DNA of 64,000 nucleotides from Eledone cirrhosa (Eukaryota): the NCBI GenBank assembly GCA_964016885.1, contig OZ024741.1, positions 412,424,001 to 412,488,000 of the forward strand. The letters run 5' to 3'. Shown piece by piece: positions 26,325 to 38,697 of the stretch. The translations under genes and the position numbers were made by a program. Position 1 is the first letter of the stretch, and every line of letters starts with the position of its first letter. Under the pieces are notes generated by a model. That model saw only the letters and a list, made by a program, of their open reading frames with translations. It was not told where the DNA came from and did not search any database.

Positions 26325-26384
26325 AACACTATGTACATTTCAATGACCGCGTTCTGCAGGAACCCGGCGACATCATCAAGTGTT
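26325..26384 (-). ncRNA. Type I hammerhead, UUGAUGA core
   Basis: Minus strand: AACAC-TTGATGA-(imperfect long stem II)-GAAA-TGTACA-TA-GTGTT. Confidence 0.6.
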
Positions 26385-26596
26385 ACGAAATTTATCTAAT
26401 AAAGGAATATAATAATGGTGGACACGATCCAAGGGGCTGAAAAGTATAGAGAAATTTTAAGACCTGAAGGCGGTCACAGCCAGCAGTTGCCAGCCTGGGT
26501 GACCCTGTTCAATGTATATATATATAGAGAGAGAGACATTTTTTCCAATTCCAACCCGACCGTTCCCTCAATCTATCTTATTTCTCATTCTTTCTT

Positions 26597-26625
26597 CTGA
26601 TGAAGGACTAGCGTCCGAAACGCTC
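26597..26625 (+). ncRNA. Partial hammerhead core (stem I not evident)
   Basis: CTGATGA-A-GGAC(tagc)GTCC-GAAA-CG. Confidence 0.5.
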
Positions 26626-26930
26626 TTTCTGCTATATCAAGCGTTAACCTAATATATCCCTTCCATATACTGTACCGATTGTGTTGTTATTTCTGTTTAC
26701 CTTTTACATACATATGTATTCATATACATACACACACATATAAAATTTAATATAGAAATGGTTTCGACAGGACTAGAACTGTTTCATTGGAAAGAAATCA
26801 TCAGGAAAGCCCTGATGATTTCTTTCGATTGAAACAGTTCGAGTCCTGCAGAAGGTATTTTTATATTAAATTTGAAATTTACACTCTACTAATCTATTGA
26901 GTACCTTACTTACTTCTACTAAACCCGGGA

Positions 26931-26972
<42 letters not shown>

Positions 26973-27055
26973 GGAGGTGAGTTTTATTGTAGTACAATAA
27001 AGCAATGCAGATATCGGATAAGTAGCACTCTACAGTTTGTAGGACTGAAGTATAA

Positions 27056-27384
27056 ATAATATATAAGATCAAAAGATGGTTAAAAGAGTTCCATGTATTT
27101 TATTATGCGCATTTCAAAAACAAATATCATCATGCAATAACATTTGCGTTTTCGTCAGATAAAATAAGGAGACATGATATGAAGGTTAAAACACACTTGT
27201 GAATAGTGCAGTTTTAAATCAACATACGTTGATTTAAAACTGCACTATCACAAGTGTGTTTTAACCTTCATATCATGTCTCCTTATTTTATCTGACGAAA
27301 ACGCAAATGTTATTGCATGATGATATTTGTTTTTGAAATGCGCATAATAAAATACATGGAACTCTTTTAACCATCTTTTGATCT

Positions 27385-27394
<10 letters not shown>
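27056..27394. mobile_element. PLE-like near-perfect palindrome (about 167-bp arms) with a hammerhead in each arm
   Basis: Arms meet at about 27223-27226. Confidence 0.8.
27284..27354 (+). ncRNA. Type I hammerhead ribozyme
   Basis: TATTTTAT-CTGACGA-AAACGCAAAT..ATTTGTTTTT-GAAA-TGCGCA-TA-ATAAAATA. Confidence 0.8.
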
Positions 27395-27423
<29 letters not shown>

Positions 27424-27459
27424 AATTACATTAATCAAAGTTCTGTTTAAATAATTTAT

Positions 27460-27508
27460 TTGCTTACAATTGTTTCTTCCAAACCGAGGTTTGGAATCTT
27501 CGGAGCAA
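27460..27508 (-). ncRNA. Type I hammerhead, CCGAAGA (U4C) core
   Basis: Minus strand: TTGCT-CCGAAGA-TTCCAAAC(ctcg)GTTTGGAA-GAAA-CAATTG-TA-AGCAA. Confidence 0.7.
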
Positions 27509-28946
27509 TTATTCAGTGATTTTTTACATACTTGACCTCCTTTTCAACACAAGAGACATATAGAAACATATGTATATATTGACCCACAGTGGGTTGACAT
27601 CCATTATAATAATATAGCATGGCAATTTACATACAAAGATTACAGTCATATTAAAGGACAAAATTAAAGTTAAAATTAAAATTAAAATTAAAATTAAAAT
27701 TAAAATAAAACATTGGCAGTTTATGAAGATAAAGCAAGAGGAAAGTTTGGAGTAGCCAGTGTATGCAACAGTCACACGTGAGGCATGCACGCGTGTCCTA
27801 TTTATACAAGATTATAGTACGGCAGATTGTTACATGTAACAATCTGCCGTACTATAATCTTGTACTGACAATACAACAGACCAAATATGAATAAATAAGG
27901 AAAATATGTTTATCCAAAAATATAGACCAGCATTAAATATAGTTTAATATACATTATGTTAAAACCATAACATGCTAACCATCCAAACAGACACATACAT
28001 ACACACACACGTAACACCCTCTTCTATATTCGAAAATAAAAGACCACGGCTAAATATACTTCAACATACATTAATATTTTAACACCTTAACATACTAACC
28101 ATACCCCCCCCCCCCCACACACACACATAACACCCTTCTCCATTTCTACTAATGGAATCATTTTCCTACACACACACACAGATCAGCACAAAAAAAAAAT
28201 ATATATATATATATATTTTCTACCCTGCCGCTAATACCACCACTATCGATACAAACATTCAATTTATTTCAATAGAAATTCTGAATTTTGACACCTCAGC
28301 ACATCAGCCATACTCACTGAACCAGGCGATTTCTCCCCATGCCTTTTCTTGACCATTATCTTTTGTTTGGCACAAAACTCTCTATGACAAATCATGTGAC
28401 TATGAAAACGGCTATAAAGAACCCCCGAATACGAAATTTAATATACTTATTCACGTGACAGTCATAACCAACCAAATTACATTTATAAAAAAACAATGAT
28501 TTGAGACACTTTTTTAATGTGAAAATGACAATAAAGAACCCTCAAACACGAACTGACACGAAAGTTGATGTATTTATTCACGTGGCAGTCATCAACCAAC
28601 CAAATTTCACTTATATATGAAAAAACAATAATTTGAGCCACTTTTTTAAAGGCAAATACAATAAGAACTTTGTAACGCGAACTGGCGCGAAATTTATTAT
28701 ACTTATTCACGTGTCATTAACCAACCAAATTTCTTTTTTTAAACCTAGCAATTCAAACCACTTTTTTCAACATAAAACGGAAGTAAAATTCGTACACCAA
28801 CCAGATGCGAGAAAAACCGAAAACCTTTCATCTCAATTCTACTTTTGAAAAGCATAAGAACTGTGAAACCGGTAAAGGAGACAAATAAATATTCTTAAAA
28901 AGACTCCAGTTGCATTTTCGATTTCTTTTCCTGATATATATATATC

Positions 28947-28986
28947 CCGAGCTGAAGATCCGCGAAGGTGAAACAATTGTTCTCGG
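28947..28986 (+). ncRNA. Minimal type I hammerhead ribozyme
   Basis: CCGAG-CTGAAGA-TCC(gcgaa)GGT-GAAA-CAATTG-TT-CTCGG. Followed by palindrome 28978-29072. Confidence 0.72.
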
Positions 28987-29174
28987 TATGGTGAACTAAC
29001 TGTTGTGTAACCACTTCTATATATATATATATAGAAGTGGTTACACAACAGTTAGTTCACCATACCGAGAACATATATATATATAATTGGTGTGGATGCT
29101 AAAAGCGTCCGTATGCGGTGGGCCGTTTGAGCACTCGATGCTCTTACAGAGCAGAGTATGTGATATATACATAC

Positions 29175-29310
<136 letters not shown>

Positions 29311-29509
29311 CATATATATATATGAAAAACCACAGATCCTCCATCTCAACTCTACTTTTGAAAAGCAGAAGAACTGCTGCGAAACCAGTAAAGGAAATAT
29401 ATTTTTAAAAAAATAAGACTCCAGTTGCATTTTCGATTTCAACTTTTTTTCTTTATACTTTCACTCGTGTAGGACACCGGTTATTTTTCATTTTGTAAAA
29501 AAACCTCAC

Positions 29510-29576
<67 letters not shown>

Positions 29577-29666
29577 ATGGTTAAACAAGGTTCAATGAAT
29601 AAATCAAAGAATGAGTTTTACAATAGATTGGAAGCACTCAACAGTTACGGTTTTCCGGAGTTATTA

Positions 29667-31515
29667 ATATTAATTCAAAATACTTACAAAACAGACACTC
29701 CTGCGATCAAGTATATCCTATCATACATACCTCAGAGGCACTGAGCCAACTTCAACAGCACGTCCCCATCAGATAAAATAAGATGACGCATGACATACCC
29801 CGACACAGGAGATGGCCAAGACTCAGACACGGCAGCGAGCAATACATGACAAAACCCAGCACCCATACACCATAATATTGAAAACACGAAAAAAACCCAC
29901 ATATAACACATACAACATGCTCCTGGTTGCATTTGTAGGTGGTTTGGATGCTCAGGTGACTCTCTATTGTTGTGATTGTTGGATATTTCCTTAATGTTCT
30001 GGGTTGTATAAATATTGTTGCTTAATTTAATTTAGTTTGTTTTTGGTTGAGTTCGGGTTGCCTTCGGGCCATTCTGGTCCTTGGCTCCTCTTTCTGTCAC
30101 CTTCGTGAACACTTTGGAAGGGTTGCTGGTCTACTATATAGATAAAAACTCTCTTGCATTTTGGGCTATATTTTTTTATGTTGGGCACTTTTATGGTTGT
30201 GGGCAATTTGTTGTTTTTGCTTTTTTCGCTTTTTGTTTTGAATCTGGTCCTTGTCCTCAGGACTCATGGGGTTTTGGGGTTTTGAAGTTTTGACTTGTAT
30301 ATTTATAGTATGTGTCTTTTAAATGATCCTATTACAATGGTTGGTCTGGAGCATTGATTTTGACAATTTTTTCAGTGACTTATTTATTGTATTGTATTGG
30401 ATTGTGTTTGATTGGAAGGTGTCATCTTGAGTCTTTGGACAATGTGGTCTTTGTGTGTTTTTTTGATGGACGCATGTATGTAGTTTAATGATCAGGCCTT
30501 TTTTAAATTTAATTTTAAGGCCTGTTGGTCCTTTGGGCATTCAAATTGTTAATCTTAAAATTCTTTAAACATTTTAACTGTAATTATTTTCTGAATTATG
30601 TAGTGTGGGCTGTTTTCAATATAATATAAATAGTTTAATATTATATAATAAATTTGGTAAAGTTTGCCTTCGTGAGGTTGTAGAGGCATTGTGTTTTCTT
30701 TCTCGTGTTTGTGGGTCCTTTAAATTTGATTTCATAAGGTTTGATTTTATAAATTAGGTATGATAGTATACTTTAATATTAATGCAGATTCTTGTTGACT
30801 TTTGTGGCCTAAAATGTTATTCATTGCTCTGAACTGACTTAGGTTGGATGTTTTGAATGTTAACGGTCAACCAGATTTGTTTTGATGTATATTGTATATA
30901 TAGATGATTGTCTAAAGACTTGGTGTTGGCCTTCATGTGAGTGCACCCAATTATGTTTGGGGTTCCGATTGATGAATATTTTTGAATATTTCAATGGTTC
31001 AGTGAATTGAGTTTTTTCGTTTTCCTGGGGCTGAGCCCGAGTGTTGTTCTGGTTTGGTGTCTCCCTATGTTGTTGCATTATGGGAGTTATTCCTCTTTGT
31101 CTCTCTCTGTGGTCAACTCTCTTTTGTTTTCTGGGCTCCTGCTGGCTGTGTTGTCCCCTCATCTGTTTCTTCCTCTGTGCCTTTCTTTTCTTTCCTCTTT
31201 CTTCGGTGATTTGGATTGTTTGAGTCTTTGGCAGTTTTGTTGCTGCCGTGTGTTCTTTTGGGCTTTCTCACACGCACCCTCTCTGTTGTATGTGTTGTAT
31301 GTATTTTTTTTCGTGTTTTCAATATTAGGGTATATGGGTGTTGGGTTTTGTCATGTATTGCTCGCTGCCGTGTCTGAGTCTTGGCCATCTGCTGTGTCGG
31401 GGTCATCTTATTTTATCTGATGGGGACGTGCTGTTGAAGTTGGCTCAGTGCCTCTGAGGTATGTATGATAGGATATACTTGATCGCAGGAGTGCCTGTTT
31501 TGTTAGTATTTTGAA

Positions 31516-31522
<7 letters not shown>
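29667..31522. mobile_element. Element with about 250-bp terminal inverted repeats and a decayed interior, probably Penelope-like
   Basis: 29667-29916 is inverted at 31285-31522, with a small indel. The minus-strand interior is A-rich with broken frames and no diagnostic motif. Lies between (TA)n tracts. Confidence 0.55.
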
Positions 31523-31572
<50 letters not shown>

Positions 31573-31649
31573 GGAATAGAATGAAACGAAATTTAATTTC
31601 TCACTCTTAGTACGGCAATTACTTAAATGCAAGTATATAATACATACTT

Positions 31650-31739
<90 letters not shown>

Positions 31740-31748
<9 letters not shown>

Positions 31749-32355
31749 TGTATTCCTGTCTGTTTGTTCGTTTGTTCACGAACTCCTCCTATGGTTTTGG
31801 AGATAGACCCCCATAACCATATATATTCTGAAATTACATTGCCCAGGGTACTTGTATAAGTATATTTCATTTTAATAAATGGGTTCCCCCGCTGATAATT
31901 TTTTTCCTTCGATTTATATGAAATTTAAGCCATAGGTAAAGGACAAGATATGATGCCTATTCACAAAATTTCAGCAAATTTCAATAATATTAAACCCCTT
32001 ATTAGGGTTCCTCGGGGGCACAAACCCCCGATGAAAATTTTTTCACTTCGATTTATATGAAATTTAAACCATAGGTAATTGACAAAATATGATACCTATT
32101 CAAAAAAGTTTTGAATTGATATTTTGAAAAAATTATTTACAAGAAACAAAATAAGAATAAGATTTAATAATGTAATTTTGATTTGATATATTACAAAAAA
32201 TAATGTTTTCCAATTTTTCATGCATTACATTTTACATTGAGTAATATTCAAATGCAGAGTTTTTCTCCATAATTTATAACACTGATTTAAAATCATCATC
32301 ATTTTCTTACAAAAAATATGTGTGAAACGCAACAAGGCGCAGGTAATTCGGCTAG

Positions 32356-32356
<1 letters not shown>
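31740..32356 (+). mobile_element. Non-autonomous Helitron-like element
   Basis: Starts TATAAAG..CTGTCTGTTTGT and ends with a GC-rich motif plus CTAGT. Internal direct repeat about 31890-31970 / 32030-32105. Confidence 0.6.
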
Positions 32357-32431
<75 letters not shown>

Positions 32432-32828
32432 TCTGTGTGTATGTATGTATGTTTCTATGTGTGTGTGTGTACGCATTCGTGTAACTTTGTGTTATTTGCT
32501 CACCGAAATCTACTTGCTCAACAAGTTATTTCGAGTTTTCACCCTAGGTGGCGCAAACTACAACTGATACAAATACAACAACATCAACAACAATAATATT
32601 AGCAGCAGCCGCAGCAAAAAAAAAACAACAACAACAATAATAATAACATCAACAACAACATTAGCAGCAACAACAACAACATCAACAACAACAACACCAG
32701 CAACAACATCATCAACAGCAACAACAACATTAACAGTAGCATCAACAACAACAGCGCACTGTGTAATTCTGAATATCCCTTAGAATTACGTTATAGGTAC
32801 TCGTGTCTGTGTAACGTTCAGTCACAAT

Positions 32829-32951
32829 CTCCTTATATATATAACCAGCAATTTCTCTGTCTGTCTGTCCGACAGTGGAAATACGTGCGTAGAGAGAGAG
32901 TGAGAGTGAAAGAAAGAGACAGACTACGAGAGGGGGATAGCGGGAGGGAGA

Positions 32952-33036
<85 letters not shown>

Positions 33037-33997
33037 TAGACGCTAAAACACGTGCTATAGAAACATTACCTTCCCCTCTCCACTGATTTTGGTCACTGAG
33101 GCCGAGGGAATCGCTGGTTGCTATAGAGACACCTTGCACAAGCCAGAAGTAACCAGTTCGAGGCGGTTCTGACTTGACACCATGCAAAGAAGGTTTCCAT
33201 TGAATTTGTAGTTTGAAGAAGGTTGCCATTGAATTTGTGGTTGTTGCTGCTGATAATAAGGACCATTTGAAGAAGGTTGCCATTGAATTTGTGGTTTGAA
33301 GAAGGTTGCCATTGAATTTGTGGTTGTTGCTGCTGATAATAAGGACCATTTGAAGAAGGTTGCCATTAAATTTGTGGTTTGAAGAAGGTTGCCATTGAAT
33401 TTGTGGTTGTTGCTGCTGATAATAAGCACCATTTGAAGAAGGTTGCTGCTGATGAGGTAATTTATTAATCAGATTGCGCAGTTCCATAACCTACGTTTGA
33501 TTTGTTCAATTTTTTTCTTCAATTTTTGTTGTTGTTTTTTTTAAATTTCTTATTGAAAAAATATAAATAATAAAATAAGGTTAGAAATTTAAATACAATT
33601 AAATACGATTTAATTTCCATTTCCAGCAGCCAATGTCCAGTGTTCAATTTCATGAAAAAATTGGAAATAATTCAAAAAATTTAAGTTTAACTTTTGAATA
33701 TTTGTTTTGACAATAAAAAAATATTTCCTTATTCACACCTAATGGTATGATTAACATTTCATAGGAATACTTTTTCTAACCGCCAGTTATTTATTTTCTC
33801 CTTTTTCGTTTTAACATATATTTATTTCAAAGATTTCACCGTATAGATAACATATATATTTATACATGCATAAAAGACACACCGAGAGACGGTGAACATG
33901 TGGTGCCGAAAAGATTTCTCATCCAAATCTCAACAATATCAGTATATACACTAGATTTGCTAGCAGAAAACCGCCCACCGGTTGGTTTTCTGCTAGT
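32829..33997 (+). mobile_element. Non-autonomous Helitron-like element with internal minisatellite
   Basis: TC..TATATATAA..CTGTCTGTCTGTC start. Terminal hairpin CTAGCAGAAAACC..GGTTTTCTGCTAG then T. A second Helitron-like head starts at 33997. Confidence 0.6.
33185..33452 (+). repeat. Compound minisatellite (TTGAAGAAGGTTGCCATTGAATTTGTGG with or without TTGTTGCTGCTGATAATAAGGACCA)
   Basis: Alternating short and long units read directly. Confidence 0.9.
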
Positions 33998-34534
33998 CTA
34001 TATATATATAAAACTGGTGTTGTCTGTGTGTGTGTGTGTGTCCTCATTTTTGCAAAGTCTATACAAATCCACATTTCTACTCCGATTGACTTGAAACTTG
34101 CATTTATATATTCCTTGCCGTTTAAAGATATTAACTGCAGCTTTTATTTTTCAATTTTCTGTTGTTAAAGGGGTGTTAGGCGTCGGTTATCCATCTCCAT
34201 CGCGCTCTTATAGTATCTGTCTGTATGCCTGGCTGTCTGTATTACGACATACTGACGAACATTGATGACGTATTATGTTCGCTATTTTCCGTTCATTGCC
34301 AGGGAACGTCTTCACGGACCAAAGTATCGTCTTCCGGTTTTCCTTCGGTTGCAACGTTTTTCGAAATATTTACTTCTGCGTTCACAGATTGATGTTTTTA
34401 GTTTCAGAAGATCCTGTTAAGGGTGAAAGCAACGATTCTTTGCTTAAACTTTAATCTGTTATTTTAATCTATATATGTATATATATAAAACTGAAAAAGG
34501 ATGTATGTATGTATGTATGTATGTATGTATGTAT

Positions 34535-35565
34535 GTCAGGTCACCAGTTGGTGCTACTGGTAACATGTATCCCAGTACAACCTGTCCCATGGTCGGGTCG
34601 TTGGCGACTAAACTGGCAACCCCACCAAGGTTTCTTGGTGAGGAGGGTGACTTTGGACATCCTGCAGGACTAAAAACAAAACCTGTCAAAGGGCAAAGGA
34701 GCTCTTAAGAGTCAATGGCCATCCAAAATCACCGGGAGAGATGACCCCTTAGCCTTTGTCAAGGCAGAATTCTAGGAGAAGGAAAACTCTGATATAACAC
34801 CTGCAACCCTGATGGTATCCAATGATGTTGACTTGTTCTTCTTTTTGGTAAATATCATCTTGGTTAAGAGAGTGGGACTGGCTTTGTGCAGTGCCTTTGC
34901 TCACTATAAAAGCTTCACGGCACAGGCATTGCTTTATATCTGGAGATCTCTCTGCACTTGTCGTCACATGGTACCATGGGCCCAGCACTATGTGTCAGTA
35001 ATTGTCACAAGTGTAGTGTTTGTACCAGAGTTTTCAAGTCGCTGGCTGGACTCAAAAGTCACACTCGTTCAGCGCATCGGTAGGGGTTCTCCTACATGGA
35101 TATAAAGTAGTGGCCGTACTCGAAAACGAGTTGGCAGCCACCATGTATGTATGTATGTATGTATGTATGTATGTATGTATGTATGTATGTATGTCTTGAC
35201 AAAGGCTAAGGGGTCATCTTCTAAGAGAAGTAAAACTCTGATATAACACCTGCAACCCTGATGGTATCCAATGATGTTGACTTGTAAATTTTTTTTGGTA
35301 AATATCATCTTGGTTAAGAGAGTGGGACTGGCTTTGTGCAGTGCCTTTGCTCACTATAAAAGCTTCACGACACAGGCATTGCTTTGTATTTGGAGATCTC
35401 TCTGCACTTGTTGTCACATGGTACCATGGGCCCAGCACTATGTGTCAATAATTGTCACAAGTGTAGTGTTTGTACCAGAGTTTTCAAGTCGCAGGCTGGA
35501 CTAAAAAGTCACACTCGTTCAGCGCATCGGTAGTGGCCGTACTCGAAAACGAGTTGGCAACCACC

Positions 35566-35596
<31 letters not shown>

Positions 35597-35625
35597 TGTA
35601 TGTATGTATGTATGTATGTATGTAT
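34535..35625 (+). mobile_element. Two tandem SINE-like elements with RTE 3' ends in (TATG)n
   Basis: 34535-35143 and 35194-35567 share the body. Homologous to 10793-11665. Confidence 0.78.
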
Positions 35626-38600
35626 GTTCTTCTGGTTTTATAATTTCACAAAGTTTTACTAATAAAGAGAGAGTCGGTTTCTAACATAGACACAAGACTC
35701 TCTCATTGGAATTTACACAACATCAACTAGGTAGATATGTATGTCTGCATGCATGCATGTGTAGATATGGATGTTATTGTATGTGTGGATGTGGATGTTT
35801 TGAGTTGTATGTGTGCATGTGTATATGCTTTGTATCTGTACATGTGTATATGCAGTTATTAGATGCAAAATTTTTGGAATGTTTTACATATTTTTACTGT
35901 TCCATTAATGGATTGTACTTGTAATTTCCTAACTAGTTGTGTTCTTTCTGTTCCTGTGAAGCCTAGCTTCTCAAGATTTGTATTGAGGCAGTTACTAACA
36001 TATCCCAGTGCCCCAACAATCACAGGCATAAATCTGAAGGTGTAATCAGGGTGGAGTATCTGCAGATTTCTCATCAGTCCAGCATAAATATTCTCCTTTT
36101 CACTAATCTTTGATATTATATTGGCATCTGCTGGGCAGCTAATTTCCACTACTGTGCATGTTTTCTTCTCCCTGTCCCATATCATAATATCTGGTCTGTT
36201 ATGCCTGCATTTTATTGGGGTTTTTACTGGAACATTCCACCAGTACTCTTTCATATGTACATGGATGTCTTCCACATTGTTGTAGCTTTTAATGTGTTTA
36301 TCATCGGGGCTATCTCTTTTACGAACTGCATTGTACAGTGTTTTGGCCACTACATCATGCCTCATAGGTAGATAGTACCGCGATGACATCTTTGGGCAGC
36401 TGCTGATGACATGGGTGATATCCTCGATGTTAGTTCTGCAGAGTCTGCACTTGTTATCACATCTAGGTGTTTTGCCTGCATCTCTATCTCTTTTGTGAAT
36501 CAGGTATTTCGTGCTAATCTCCTGTTCTTGGATTGCAAAAGCGTATCCTTCAAAGTGGGAGCCAATATAGCGGTTGTTGGTCCAAGATAGACTACTTTCC
36601 TTATCTATATTACTCTCACTCTGGAGCTTCCTGGCAACATATCCATGCATGATTTTTTGCTGATAGGCATGCAGTTTTTCATCCATGGATTCACTGCGAT
36701 ACTGCTGAGCGACATCCCTGGGTGTGAGTTTTTGATTATCACACAGGGAATATCTCTCAAGGAGTTCCTTCCCAACTCTCATGATTTTATCTGTTTCATG
36801 CTGATAGACTTGCTCGAGAAGCGGGCTCCTACGCTTCGAGGTTCGTAGATGTTGTCGGAGATATATGATGCGACATTCAAATGTTGTCTGGACTGATGTT
36901 AGGCCTCTGCCTCCCTGCCTACGTTTCAAGTAAAGGCGGTCTATGTCACTGTTGATGTGGAAGTTTCCGGTGTTGTTCAGTATTTTTCGAGTTCCAATAT
37001 CAACTGCTCGGATTTCGTCTATCGTCCAATTGCGTATTCCAAACGTTGGTGTTAGGACAGGCACAGCAAACACATTGTGAGCCACTGTTTTGTTTTGCGC
37101 AGAGAGTTCCGATGACCAGATCTTTCTTAATCGGGTGTAGTATTCCCTGGTTACGCGTTCTTTATTACAGATACCATTATAGGATATGTTCTCATCTATC
37201 CCCAGGTATCTGTAGCGGTCCTCATCAGATATCGGTGAAACAGTTAGACCATTGATGACAATGTTGCTAGATTGGGTTGTTGTTTTTCCCCGCTTTACAG
37301 TCATGTATGAGCATTTATCTTGGCCAAACTCAATTCCTATATCCTTTGAGAACGTTGTAACCAGGTCAAGATTTTTCTTCATCCCATCCATGTTCTTGGC
37401 ATAGAGTTTCAGATCGTCCACAAAGAAGTTATGGGTTAGGTTCGTATTTCTGTCCTCCTGTGAGCCAATGATGTATCCCTCACATTTCTTGAGCAGAAAG
37501 GACAAGGGGTTTAATGACAAGATGAACAATATCACAGAGAGACTGTCCTCCTGAAATACACCCCTGCAATATTTTATTTTATCAGTGAAAATAGAGTCCT
37601 CCCTCTCTGTCTTTAACCTTAGGATAGTAGCCCAAGAAGAAGACAGCCTCTCTATGGCTCTGACAATAATGTCTGGGACTTTAGCAAGTTGGAGGGCCTC
37701 TATCATCCAAGAGTGGGGAACAGAATCGAAAGCTTTCTTGTAGTCCAGCCAGACTGTAGTCATATTCCTCCTAAGTTGTCGCACCTCCGACATCGCATTT
37801 TGTTGATTAGGAGTTGTTCAGCACATCCCCAAACCCTTTTCTTTCCAGCTGCTTGTTCATCTGTGATGATGTTATTATTTTCACAGTGATCTTGCAGGAA
37901 TAGGTTGAGGCAGGCTCTATACATATTATACATTAGGTTCTGGCATGCAATGGGTCGGTAGTTTTTTGCCAAGTGGGTGTCTTTGTTCTTGGGGACCAGT
38001 AACGTTTGTGCTAATGTAAACCATTCTGGTATAAGTGTATCTCCCTTAAGAACTTGTTGGTAGTGGTCAGTAAGATACCTCCGATAGAATATTAGTTTTT
38101 TGTACCAGTAGCCGACAATCATATCTCTTCCTGGTGTTTTCTTATCTTGGAGTTTTCCTATCACAGTCTCAAGGGTACCCTCACTTATTTCGTATGTTTT
38201 TGTTGTAGTGTAGGAGCAATAGTTCTTTCGGATTATTCTTAGCTACACTGCATCTTGGTTGAAATTCTTCTTTTCACCCCATATTTTTCTCAAAAAGGAA
38301 TCTATGTCTTTCTGGGATGGGGCCTCAGTGACACTTATTATTTTTCCATTCATATCCCTATAGACTGATGTTTGGTTTCATCTGAATCTTTTATTAAGCA
38401 TTTTTCTCTCATCTACCTTCTTCAGGTATCGGCGTTTTTCGCTAACAGCTCTCAATTCTTGTTTGAGGGTGATCAGCTTATATTGGAGAGTTCTGGTTCT
38501 ACAGTTACCAAACATCGTCTCTATTTTATTTTTCACTCTTTGTTGGTGGGGAGTGAGATTTTTTTGTGTTTGTTTGCATGTAAGGAGCATTATCACATGT

Positions 38601-38632
38601 CCTATGTTTTTTCGTAGGTCAGCACTCTTTTT

Positions 38633-38636
<4 letters not shown>
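35626..38636 (-). mobile_element. R4/Dong-like family A copy, 5'-truncated and frameshifted, flanked by (TACA)n on both sides
   Basis: ORFs 38378-38596, 37760-38164 and 35859-37793 carry YRPIAC, DYKKAFDSVPH, FQEDSLS, FFVDD, YRYLG, CRLC and RPDI. Confidence 0.93.
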
Positions 38637-38664
<28 letters not shown>

Positions 38665-38697
38665 TGTATGTATGTATGTATGTATGTATGTATGTAT

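Noticed and set aside
32924-33487. Gln-rich repeat protein ORF
   Set aside because: Derived from a minisatellite and (GA)n inside a Helitron-like element; no splice or homology support.
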